A stretch of 64,000 nucleotides of DNA, taken from positions 6,966 to 70,965 of the forward strand of contig CBDUQR010000008.1 in the NCBI GenBank assembly GCA_965369655.1, given 5' to 3'. The notes under the pieces are model-generated. The model was not told the origin of the DNA. It saw only the letters and a list, made by a program, of their open reading frames with translations, and did not search any database. A program made the translations under genes and the position numbers. Positions 10,064 through 18,481 of the stretch are shown here, in pieces; positions within the stretch are counted from its first letter, which is position 1, and each line of letters starts with the position of its first letter. Origin of the DNA: an uncultured bacterium. Lineage in GTDB: Bacteria; Zixibacteria; MSB-5A5; JAABVY01; JAHJOQ01.

Positions 10064-10348
10064 TCACAACTCACTCAAAGCCATACCGAAAACATTGCAC
10101 GGAATATACGGCGACAGGGCTGTGAAACAAATACATTCCGGGATCGCCCAGCCTCTCATAGCCTGACCGATCGGAATCTGAAGAGTAGATGTTCCGATAA
10201 GCACCGGCAAACCTGTGGTAGAATGCTGTTCTCAACCGCACACTGATAACCACTGGAAGATACAGTCATCCGCTATCACATGATGTGTGAGACGAGCGAG
10301 ATTGGTGCTTGACTTCCCGAAATGTTTCGAGCAAATTACTGCCCGAGT

Positions 10349-10420
10349 GCACCGGTAATTCAGTGGTAGAATGCAAGCTTCCCAAGCTTGACGTCGCGGG
10401 TTCGAGTCCCGTCCGGTGCT
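10349..10420 (+). tRNA. tRNA-Gly (anticodon CCC)
   Basis: Hand-folded cloverleaf. Acceptor GCACCGG/CCGGTGC, D stem ATTC/GAAT, anticodon stem CAAGC/GCTTG with loop TTCCCAA, T arm GCGGG-TTCGAGT-CCCGT. 72 nt; no encoded CCA. Confidence 0.9.
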
Positions 10421-10732
10421 CTTTTCATTATTCAGATGACTGGAAGTAATCTGAGGCTATAATATTGTCGTAGTCCAGCAGGGCAGGTGTCTCCGACACT
10501 TGCTATCTGTTCTGTCAGAAGCGAAGCGCATCTGCCTTACTCCACTGTCCACCTGCTGTGATACCGGCGAAAGGGCTTGTTGAGAAGCCTCTGTTTTTGC
10601 CGAATGCGTGTCAGATTCATTGTTGCGTCGGGTCTTGATCGCGCGCAGCGCGAGTGTGACCTGACGCATCGCTTGCAGGCCGGCAGGTCATCGGTCGCTG
10701 ATCCCGTCATTGACCCCGATCTTCGAGGGGAT

Positions 10733-10886
10733 CCTGAGGGACACGCCTTCGGCGCAAGACCAGCCGGAACGAAGAATGGACCCCGGTTTTCACCGGGGTG
10801 ACAGTCCTCGGCCGTGTCATTCCGGCGAAAGCCGGAATCTATCTTCATCGTTGCCATTCCGCAAGGCGAGACCGAAGGCGTGTCTT
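10733..10886. repeat. MITE-like GC-rich palindromic element next to tRNA-Gly
   Basis: Terminal inverted repeat gacacgccttcgg (10740-10752) / ccgaaggcgtgtc (10872-10884). It encloses hairpins ccccgg-tttt-ca-ccgggg (10781-10798) and attccggc-gaaa-gccggaat (10819-10838). Confidence 0.5.
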
Positions 10887-10890
10887 AAGT

Positions 10891-12837
10891 TTACGACTTC
10901 AATTCGACATCCCCCTCGCAAATGCTCGCCAGCCCTGCCATCATCTGCAGCACGCGTTGTCTAGGGTTTTCCATCTTCAGCTCGGTGAACACCCGCAACG
11001 CTTCTTTTAATGCATCTTTTGCCTTGGTGCAGTTCTCAAACCTGTTCTCGGCAGTCGCCCACATGCCGTACGCAATCCCGACATTCATCGTAGTCATCGC
11101 ATAGTCCATCGGGAAATCATCGTAAGTATGAACCCGTAGCGCTGCTTTGAATGCGCTCAACGCAAGCTTGCAGTTCGGTGCCTTATCCTCTACCTGAGCA
11201 AGAGTCCAGTAAGCATTCCCAAGATTGTTCTGAGTCATCGCATAGTCCATCGGGAAATCGTCGAAGGTACTGACCCGGAACGCTTCATTGAATGCCTCTA
11301 TCGCAGCCTTGCAGTTAGAGGGCTTATCCTCTACCTCGGCAAAAGACTGGTATGCAGCCCCAAGATTGTTCTGAGTCATCGCATATTGAATCGGGAAATC
11401 GTCGAAGGTACTGACCCGAAGCGCTTCATTGTATGCCTCTATCGCAGCCCTGCAGTTCGATGCCCTATCCTCAACCTCGGCAAGTCTCTGGTAAGCAGCC
11501 CCAAGATTGTTCTGAGTCCCCGCATACTGAAACGGGAAATCGTCGAATGTATAGACCCGAAGCGCTTCATTACAGGCATCTATCGCAAGCCTGCAGTAAG
11601 ATGCCTTATCCTCTACCTCGGCAAGAGTCCGGTAAGCATTCCCAAGATTGTTTTGAGTCATCGTATACTGTCCCGGATTGTCGGATATTGTCCAAGTGTT
11701 CAGCGCCTGTTTGCATGCAGAAATCGCAACCTTCATGTAAGCGGCTTTCTCCAGCTTGACAAGACCCTGTTCATAAGACTTATCCTCAATACTGAGCAGC
11801 GCAGAGGGATCGTCACCGAAAAGCTCAACCAACCTCCTGAAATCCTCAACACCAACGAAATCGCCCTCGACAACATACTGCAGATACGCTTCCTCGAAAT
11901 GGACGCCGCTCTCTTTTTTATCCGCAAAGCCTTGCGTCGCGAGCTTGCCGAATACCTCGTCCCACCAGAGCTTTTTCTTGTCTATCTCGTGGAACTTGCT
12001 TGCAACTTTGTGAATGTTATTGAGCGAGAATATCTCTCGTCCTTCATAGATGCCAGCCTGATAGAGACGTTTCACAGACTGAAGCACAGCCTTGCCGGCA
12101 GCATCGAGTTGCCCGTAGCGTCGCTTCATCTCCTCAATATCGAGGAAGATCGATCCAATATTGCCGTCGAATGTCTCAGGCATCTGCTTGCCTGCTTTTG
12201 CCGCAACATTTTTTGCTACATCAGGAGTGATCTTGTCGAGCATGAGATATTCGGCAATACGAATACCTGCTTCCTGTTCCAGCTTCTGTTGCACAAAATC
12301 CGCTTCAGTCTCCCAGCATGTCCCGACTATTATCGTACCCCGTCTCACAAACTTTCTGAGTACATTTGTGAAGTTTAGTTTTATTAAGAACTTTCCTATA
12401 TCGTCAACAAGCAGGACTTCACGAGTAACCATCTTCATGTTGTACGGTATTTCGATATCAGCAGGAAAACTGTCAACAGCAAGTGTTGGGATCGTTATTA
12501 CCGCAGGTTCTTTGAGAGTCTTGAGTGCATTGAACACGCTCCTCGTCTTTCCAGACAGAGGTTTGCCTATAACAATAACATGTTCCCCTTGATCGATCAA
12601 TTCCCTCAATTTGTCATCAATCGGTCTCGCATAATAGTACTTACGGAAACCGTGCTTCTTTTCTCCGCGAGAGTGCATTGCTTGATCCGGAGTTAGCCGA
12701 GATGCGCGCTTCCAGATTGCTTCGTAATAGCCACTTGCCAAAGCTCTTTTATCTATTCTTCGCCAGAAATACTGAAAAGCAAAAACACTCAATGTAACAA
12801 CAACAGCGACTATCGCCCAGAATATCGGATCACTCAC
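10891..12837 (-). CDS. Membrane-anchored P-loop NTPase with C-terminal TPR-like repeat array (STAND-like architecture)
   Basis: N-terminal TM helix IFWAIVAVVVTLSVFAF. Walker A VIVIGKPLSGKTRS and Walker B VLLVDDIGKF. Then at least 5 repeats of 47 aa carrying QNNLG(N/A)AY...AEVEDK..NC..A(I/L).A..EALRV.T.DDFP. Confidence 0.8.
   Translation of the reverse strand: MSDPIFWAIVAVVVTLSVFAFQYFWRRIDKRALASGYYEAIWKRASRLTPDQAMHSRGEKKHGFRKYYYARPIDDKLRELIDQGEHVIVIGKPLSGKTRSVFNALKTLKEPAVITIPTLAVDSFPADIEIPYNMKMVTREVLLVDDIGKFLIKLNFTNVLRKFVRRGTIIVGTCWETEADFVQQKLEQEAGIRIAEYLMLDKITPDVAKNVAAKAGKQMPETFDGNIGSIFLDIEEMKRRYGQLDAAGKAVLQSVKRLYQAGIYEGREIFSLNNIHKVASKFHEIDKKKLWWDEVFGKLATQGFADKKESGVHFEEAYLQYVVEGDFVGVEDFRRLVELFGDDPSALLSIEDKSYEQGLVKLEKAAYMKVAISACKQALNTWTISDNPGQYTMTQNNLGNAYRTLAEVEDKASYCRLAIDACNEALRVYTFDDFPFQYAGTQNNLGAAYQRLAEVEDRASNCRAAIEAYNEALRVSTFDDFPIQYAMTQNNLGAAYQSFAEVEDKPSNCKAAIEAFNEAFRVSTFDDFPMDYAMTQNNLGNAYWTLAQVEDKAPNCKLALSAFKAALRVHTYDDFPMDYAMTTMNVGIAYGMWATAENRFENCTKAKDALKEALRVFTELKMENPRQRVLQMMAGLASICEGDVELKS
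11095..11659 (-). repeat. In-frame 141-bp tandem repeats (4 full copies) inside the NTPase-TPR gene
   Basis: Copies start at 11095, 11236, 11377 and 11518, each beginning catcgcata.../ccccgcata... and ending ...ccaagattgttctgagt. More degenerate copies flank the array. Confidence 0.85.
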
Positions 12838-12882
12838 TCTCTACTCCTGTATTCCTTTCCCGAAATCATCGTTGCCTGTCCC

Positions 12883-13926
12883 CTACTCTCCCTCGACCGC
12901 GACTTCTTCCGTCACAGAATCATCGCTGGGTTGTCCGCTTTCTTTGAGTGATTCATCGCGGAGTTCGCGGAAACGCAGATGGTCGAAGTACAGAAACATC
13001 AGACCGGCGACAAAGATCGGGATCATATCCATGACATGAAGGATAATCGAAAACGACACCGCACTCGACTTGTCAACGCCGAACAGCGCCATGCTGACGA
13101 TGCATGCCCACTGGAACGTGCCGAGATTGCCGGGCGTGATCGGAAACATCAGGAGCACGGAATTGACGACGAGTATCACCAGCGCGCCCCAGATCGGCAT
13201 GTCGATCCCGAACATCCTGATGATGAATACGATCACGAGCGCATGTGATGCCCAGAGCAGCAGCGAATAGATCGCCGTCAGCGTGGAATGCTTCAGACTC
13301 GTCAGTATATCGAGAGCATCGACAAACGACTTCGAGACATGCCTGATTTTCTCGAACAGTCTCGGAAATCGCAGTTTGAGTCTGCGCCTGCCGTAAATCC
13401 TGAGCTTGCGGCGATTGTGCACGATTAACAACAGTGCGACCGCGAGTGTCACAAGGACTATACCTGCGAGAATTCCCGACCTCGCGAGCCATCCCGGGAA
13501 CACGACAAACGTCGATGCCGCGAGCATGATGATCAGCAGCGAGACGCCGTCGAAGAGCACCTCGATGATTATGGTCGTCGCGCAATACGTCTTTGGAAGC
13601 TTCGCCTGTTTCGACAGAACCAAAACCCGCGCAGCCTGCCCGGTGAGCGCGGGCAGCGAAACATTGATCATCTGGCCAACTGAGTAGATTGAATAGATAT
13701 TGCGAAACGTCAGCTTCGTAACCGGATCCATGATGACTCGCCATCTGAGGGCTTTGCAGACATTCATCAGGAACGCCGCAATGATCGCCGGAATCAAATA
13801 CCAGTAATTTGTCTGAGACAGGATGTCACCTATACGCTCACGGTCGAGATCATGGAACGACAGGAAGAGCAGGACAATCGCAACAATGAGACCGAGAGCC
13901 CGCTTGTATTTTAGCAGAAACCGCAT
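12883..13926 (-). CDS. Polytopic membrane protein, lysylphosphatidylglycerol-synthase TM-region / flippase-like (UPF0104) family
   Basis: N-terminus MRFLLKYKRALGLIVAIVLLFLSF...NVCKALRWRVIM is typical of this family. About 8 predicted TM segments. Confidence 0.65.
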   Translation of the reverse strand: MRFLLKYKRALGLIVAIVLLFLSFHDLDRERIGDILSQTNYWYLIPAIIAAFLMNVCKALRWRVIMDPVTKLTFRNIYSIYSVGQMINVSLPALTGQAARVLVLSKQAKLPKTYCATTIIIEVLFDGVSLLIIMLAASTFVVFPGWLARSGILAGIVLVTLAVALLLIVHNRRKLRIYGRRRLKLRFPRLFEKIRHVSKSFVDALDILTSLKHSTLTAIYSLLLWASHALVIVFIIRMFGIDMPIWGALVILVVNSVLLMFPITPGNLGTFQWACIVSMALFGVDKSSAVSFSIILHVMDMIPIFVAGLMFLYFDHLRFRELRDESLKESGQPSDDSVTEEVAVEGE

Positions 13927-14028
13927 ACGATACTCCGTAAGCGCCGTGATAGAAAAAGATAACGCCCCCGATTTATCAAGTCAACGATTAACAAGCAAAA
14001 GCTTAAATCATGAAGTGGGATGTGCAGG

Positions 14029-14790
14029 TCAGATTTTCACGGCGTCAGTGAGCTTTATCCAGCCTTTGAGACGATTGTCGAATATCCCGAAATACCAGCC
14101 GCTCTCCTGCTTCAGGATATCGAATGTCAGCCCCTCGTGCGCAAGGAACTGTTCGTCGAAATCCTCTCCGGGCCCTGCCCTGACCGATACCTCGGGGACA
14201 ATGATCGCTCCACGCACAGCGTAATAGCCAAAATGAGCATTGACGCCGGTACAGATTCCCGCGCAGATGAGCATCACCAGCAGTACGGACAAAATCGCCT
14301 TGACCACAATCGTGCGCTTCCGGGTCCAGATCATGTATGCGAGCACGACGGAGGACAGGAACAGCAGGCACGACGAAAGCACCGCCCATTCGTCGGTAGT
14401 GTAGAAAAGCACGAGCGATTTATACCACATCCAGATTGGAGACTGCGCAGTCGGATCGACCTTGTCCACCAGATACTGGCGAGCGAATTCGAGATTCGCC
14501 CTGATGTCGTCGTTTCTCGGTTCGAGCCGTAGCGCGCGATGATAGCATGCGATCGCAATCCCGAGGCGGCCTGTCTTGAAATATGCATTGCCGAGATTGT
14601 AATGGAGTGCGGCGTTGTCAACCCCGCCCGAGAGGACGGCAAGGTAGCTCTTTATCGCACCGTCGTAGTCGCCCTTTTGATACAGGTCGTTCGCCACGTC
14701 GAAATCATGTTCGAGCGCGCCTGATGCCCATACCGCGCCGACGCAGAGAGCGGCCACAATCGCGATGATGACTACGAGTCGCAATGTCAT
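14029..14790 (-). CDS. batE: BatE-like protein (TPR repeats, TM segments, C-terminal SH3b-like domain)
   Basis: TPR motifs (LYQKGDYDGAIKSY, YNLGNAYFKTGRLGIAIACY) and C-terminal GWYFGIFDNRLKGWIKL. It is the last gene of the bat cluster. ATG 14790 overlaps the batD stop (ATGA); the ORF track extends to 14820. Confidence 0.7.
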   Translation of the reverse strand: MTLRLVVIIAIVAALCVGAVWASGALEHDFDVANDLYQKGDYDGAIKSYLAVLSGGVDNAALHYNLGNAYFKTGRLGIAIACYHRALRLEPRNDDIRANLEFARQYLVDKVDPTAQSPIWMWYKSLVLFYTTDEWAVLSSCLLFLSSVVLAYMIWTRKRTIVVKAILSVLLVMLICAGICTGVNAHFGYYAVRGAIIVPEVSVRAGPGEDFDEQFLAHEGLTFDILKQESGWYFGIFDNRLKGWIKLTDAVKI

Positions 14791-16601
14791 CTCGATGAAC
14801 CCTCGAACTCGACAATCCATTTCTCTGCCTTGTTCAGCGTGTTGTTCATGTCATCGCTGACGCTGCTCGACTTCGAAAATCGCCCCTCATCGCACTCGGC
14901 AAGAATATCGGCGAATTGTTGCCGTAACTCAGGCGCCACCCGTTTGCCATCAAACAAGGCATCCGCCTGTTGCAGTGTAAGACCGTGAGACGAGATGTTG
15001 AACTTGTCTCCAATGTATTCGGATAATGCCCTGCTCACCTCAGTGTAAAATTTGCTCGCATCATTCTGTCGCAGCAGGTTCCTGGCGGACGAGAGACGCG
15101 CTTTCGCCATCTTCACCGCCCGCTTGAGCCTTCGGTACCCGACATCGCCGGCAAGCCTGTCACGATGTCGCCTTAATACGAACACCGCCACGAGGCCCGC
15201 AATTGGCAGCGCATTGAGGAATATGAACCAGAGGCTAAACAGGTACGGCCTGCCTGAATCAGAACTTCCTCGCCGATCCGTGAAGATGTACCGAATGTCT
15301 TTTGCGATGAGATCCAACCGTCCCGGAAGCAGTCCTGTGTGGGCAGCGATTTCTTCATTGGATACGCCCAGCACGGATATCTCAAAAGATCTTCCCGACA
15401 GCCTCTTGTACTCACCTGTTTTCGGATCGAAATATGTGGTGCCCTCGATGGGGATCGTATAGTTGCCCGGCTCCTTTGGAACGAATGTAGTCTCAAACGT
15501 CTTGGAGCCGCCAACTACATATCCTGCTTTCGAGACATTCTCGGACTTGCCGGAATTGAACACCCTGAATTCATCGAGTTGTGGGATCACCGGTTCTGCA
15601 AGGGTCTTGATATTCCCTGTGCCGGAAAGCTTGATCTTGACTGTTACCGGCTGGTTGACCTCGACTTCAGTCTTGTCAATTGATGCGGACATCTTGAACT
15701 GTCCGACACTGCCGGAGAAATCCGCCGGCCTGCCTTCAGATGGAAGCGGCAACACAACTATCTCGATAGGTTTTGATTCGAGATTCACCGGCTTTGGCTG
15801 AGATCGACGTCTCTGAAATACTCCAAATGGATCGCGGTCGAAAAGCGACATAAGGTCCTCGCCACCGATTTTCAGCGTCGCCTTTCCTACGGTTTTTACT
15901 CCCGGCGACGTCGGAAACAGAGCAGTCTTGACTTCCGCCACATAGTAGTTTTTGCCATGCACGGTCTTGTAGAAATTCTTCTGAGGAGGGAGATCCTCCA
16001 CCCAGAAGCCAGTGGCTGACGGCGGCTCATACTTAGGGTCACCGAACAACCTCTTGCCCTGATAGAACCGGAAAGTGAGCGTGATCTGCTCGTTCACATA
16101 AGCCGTGTCTTTGTCCACAAATGTCTCGACAAAAAAGTCACGATCTCCACCCCTGCCTGACTGAGTCTGCTGTGAAGTCCCCGCACCCATCCCGGAATCC
16201 TGACGCCTCGTTGTGGCACCGCCCGAACTGACTGTGAGCGTGATCGGAGTGGTCGCGTAGTTCTTACCCTTGAAGGACAACTCCTGCGGAGGGATGACGA
16301 TCTTCCCCTTCTGCTGTGGTACAACGAGGTATGTATGCGTAACAGATGACGCCACCTCGCCGTTCACGAATGAATACTGCCGCGATGTCCCCGCACCGAA
16401 GACCTGGCAGCCGGGTATCACAGGCGTATTCGGGGCAGGTAGATTCTCGACACTGCCGGAGATCGTCAACTCCAGCGTGACCTGCTCGCCGACTGAGGGC
16501 TGAGTCGTCGACACATCAGCAACAAAGCTGATGTCCTCGGCCGCTGCATTCATGCAAAGCATGAGAACGATTGTGACAATAATCGACAAACGCAACCGCA
16601 C
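14787..16601 (-). CDS. batD: BatD-like oxygen-tolerance protein
   Basis: Signal peptide, repeated beta-sandwich segments, a single TM helix (LWFIFLNALPIAGLVAVFVL) and a cytoplasmic helical tail. Position is downstream of batC. Confidence 0.75.
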   Translation of the reverse strand: MRLRLSIIVTIVLMLCMNAAAEDISFVADVSTTQPSVGEQVTLELTISGSVENLPAPNTPVIPGCQVFGAGTSRQYSFVNGEVASSVTHTYLVVPQQKGKIVIPPQELSFKGKNYATTPITLTVSSGGATTRRQDSGMGAGTSQQTQSGRGGDRDFFVETFVDKDTAYVNEQITLTFRFYQGKRLFGDPKYEPPSATGFWVEDLPPQKNFYKTVHGKNYYVAEVKTALFPTSPGVKTVGKATLKIGGEDLMSLFDRDPFGVFQRRRSQPKPVNLESKPIEIVVLPLPSEGRPADFSGSVGQFKMSASIDKTEVEVNQPVTVKIKLSGTGNIKTLAEPVIPQLDEFRVFNSGKSENVSKAGYVVGGSKTFETTFVPKEPGNYTIPIEGTTYFDPKTGEYKRLSGRSFEISVLGVSNEEIAAHTGLLPGRLDLIAKDIRYIFTDRRGSSDSGRPYLFSLWFIFLNALPIAGLVAVFVLRRHRDRLAGDVGYRRLKRAVKMAKARLSSARNLLRQNDASKFYTEVSRALSEYIGDKFNISSHGLTLQQADALFDGKRVAPELRQQFADILAECDEGRFSKSSSVSDDMNNTLNKAEKWIVEFEGSSR

Positions 16602-16602
16602 T

Positions 16603-17412
16603 CTACCAGTCCTTTCCAGTATAGCCGCCAGATGGCGCTTTCAACTTGACGAGCTTTTTCAGCACATCCCGGTCATTTCCGGTGACGGCATTCAGCAGCC
16701 TTTCGGCATCCTCCTCGCTCATTTCCATTTCCCGGGGCTGTGACTGCTGAGGTTGCTGTTGCTGATCCTCATTCTGGTCAGCAGAGGATTGCTGTTGCTG
16801 TTGTTCCTCTTGCTGCTCCTGTTGCTCTTGTTCCTGCTGTTGATTCTGATCTTGCTGGTCTTGTTGTTGATCCTGCTTCTGTTGATCCTGTTGGTCCTGC
16901 TGCTGTTGATCCTGATTCTGCTCCTGATCTTCCTTCTGATCTTCCTGCTTCTCCTGATTCTTATCGCACTGTTGCTGTTCCTGTTCCTGAAGTCTCTGTT
17001 GAGTCAGTTCGAGATTGTACTTGGCGTCGAGATCAGTCGGATCGATGTCTAAGCTCTTCTTATACGCGTCGAGGGCTTTCTGGTAATCGCCTTTCCTGAA
17101 TTCGGTGTTGCCCATATTATAGTATGAATATGCCTGCATCATGCTGTCTTCGGAGAGCGCCGAATTCAGGTAGGTCTCGTTTGCCTTGTCATACTCGCCC
17201 TGCTGGTGATAGGCGCTTCCCAGATTATAGTTGACGACCGGATCGGCTGGATTCTTGTCTCTGGCTTCTTCGAGAAGTGTAGTCGCCTGGTCGAACTCTC
17301 CCCTCTCGTACAGCTCTACGGCCTTGTCGTTGATCTTTCTGTACGAATCATCGGCGCGCACAGACCCGATGAGTAAGACTGTAGCGACTATAGCGAACAG
17401 CAACCCTCTCAT
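16603..17412 (-). CDS. batC: BatC-like TPR protein with a long Q/E/D-rich low-complexity segment
   Basis: Signal peptide and three TPR units (YNLGSAYHQQGEYDKA, YNMGNTEFRKGDYQKALDAY). An approximately 85-aa poly-Q/E/D tract is followed by SEEDAERLLNAV. The start overlaps the batB stop. Confidence 0.75.
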   Translation of the reverse strand: MRGLLFAIVATVLLIGSVRADDSYRKINDKAVELYERGEFDQATTLLEEARDKNPADPVVNYNLGSAYHQQGEYDKANETYLNSALSEDSMMQAYSYYNMGNTEFRKGDYQKALDAYKKSLDIDPTDLDAKYNLELTQQRLQEQEQQQCDKNQEKQEDQKEDQEQNQDQQQQDQQDQQKQDQQQDQQDQNQQQEQEQQEQQEEQQQQQSSADQNEDQQQQPQQSQPREMEMSEEDAERLLNAVTGNDRDVLKKLVKLKAPSGGYTGKDW

Positions 17413-18431
17413 CTCCGTCTCCTGCCGTTGAACCTGAGCTTTCTGTCGGTCACAACAAATTCAATTATAAGAAAGAAGAGTCCCGCAGCAAGGGGATACT
17501 GAAATCTGTCTTCGTATTGCGTCATCAGCTTGCCTTCAAGCTCTCTCTTTTCCATGCCGAGAATCTCGTCGTATATCCGGTCGAGCTCGATCTCACCCGC
17601 AGTCGCTCTGTAATACTCGCCGTCAGTGATCTCGGCTATCCTCTGGAGAGTCATCTCGTCGAGGCTGGTCATCACGACCGAACCATCCTCGTCTTTCTTG
17701 AAACCGACAGTCTCTCCTCGGCGATTCTTGATCGGAATCGGCTCGCCCCGCACCGAACCGATGCCTATTGTGAAAATCCTTACGCCCTGATCATGCGCGC
17801 GCTCGGCGATTTCAATTGGCTTCGTATCGTGATCCTCACCATCAGTAAGCAGAATCATTACTTTGTACTTTCTCTCGGACTGATCGAACGCTGTCAGAGC
17901 GGTCTCGATGGCATCACCGATAGCAGTCCCCTGCGTCGGAATAATATCCGAATAGACGACGTCCATGAATATCTTGAACGCCGAATAGTCGAGTGTCAAT
18001 GGACAATGTATGAAACTCTGCCCCGCGAACAGCACAAGCCCGATCCTGTCGCCCGACAGACGTTCGACAACCCCGCGAATCTCCTGCTTGGCTTTTTCGA
18101 GTCGACTCGGCTTCATGTCCTCGGCGTCCATCGATGTCGATGTGTCGAGGAGTATCATTATATCGAGTCCTTCGCGCTTCATCATCACCGCATGAGTACC
18201 CCACTGAGGACGCGCCGCCGCGAAGATCAGAAAAACCAGCCCGATCAGGAGCATGACAAACTTCGTGATCCTTCCGGTCCTCGAATATGTTGCGGCAAGC
18301 CGCTTGAACCGGGATGGCTGCGCGAAACGATCCCTTGCCAGTCGTCGACCGCGACGTGCCCAGAGAAAGAAGAACACGAGCGGAAAAATCAGCAGCAGCG
18401 CATAGAGCATGTCGGCATTGGCGAATTTCAT
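17409..18431 (-). CDS. batB: BatB-like von Willebrand factor A domain membrane protein
   Basis: N-terminal TM helices and the vWA MIDAS motif ILLDTSTSM. LTDGEDH is also present. Confidence 0.85.
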   Translation of the reverse strand: MKFANADMLYALLLIFPLVFFFLWARRGRRLARDRFAQPSRFKRLAATYSRTGRITKFVMLLIGLVFLIFAAARPQWGTHAVMMKREGLDIMILLDTSTSMDAEDMKPSRLEKAKQEIRGVVERLSGDRIGLVLFAGQSFIHCPLTLDYSAFKIFMDVVYSDIIPTQGTAIGDAIETALTAFDQSERKYKVMILLTDGEDHDTKPIEIAERAHDQGVRIFTIGIGSVRGEPIPIKNRRGETVGFKKDEDGSVVMTSLDEMTLQRIAEITDGEYYRATAGEIELDRIYDEILGMEKRELEGKLMTQYEDRFQYPLAAGLFFLIIEFVVTDRKLRFNGRRRR

Positions 18432-18481
18432 TTCTAACCTGTACTAATAACCTTGCGCGTCGTTCATCAGCTTACTTCGGG

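Noticed and set aside
10349-10420. Integrated mobile elements or prophage at the three tRNA genes (10349, 60254, 61756)
   Set aside because: I found no integrase, recombinase or transposase ORF, and no direct repeat of a tRNA 3' end nearby. Only short palindromic repeats and single accessory-looking genes flank them.
10537-10964. Overlapping ORFs on both strands in the tRNA-Gly / NTPase gap (106, 74, 84 and 70 aa), including a VIPAKAGIY peptide
   Set aside because: They are created by GC-rich palindromic repeat modules, which are open in several frames on both strands. They have no Shine-Dalgarno and no motifs.
16753-17052. 99-aa poly-Leu/Ile ORF that looks like a multi-pass membrane peptide
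   Set aside because: It is the antisense reading of the CAG/CAA-rich poly-Q tract of batC. It is a low-complexity artefact.
17517-18437. Long plus-strand ORFs lying antisense to well-supported minus-strand genes. These are 306 aa here, plus 20744-21613 (289 aa), 24948-25757 (269 aa), 11386-12378 (330 aa), 5682-6323 (213 aa), and 13073-13744 (223 aa, same strand as its host gene but out of frame).
   Set aside because: Each lies entirely inside a gene with clear family motifs (batB, DUF58, Omp85, NTPase-TPR, TonB receptor, flippase-like). Their translations are Arg/Ser/Pro-rich with no recognisable motifs. This is typical shadow-ORF behaviour in GC-rich coding DNA.
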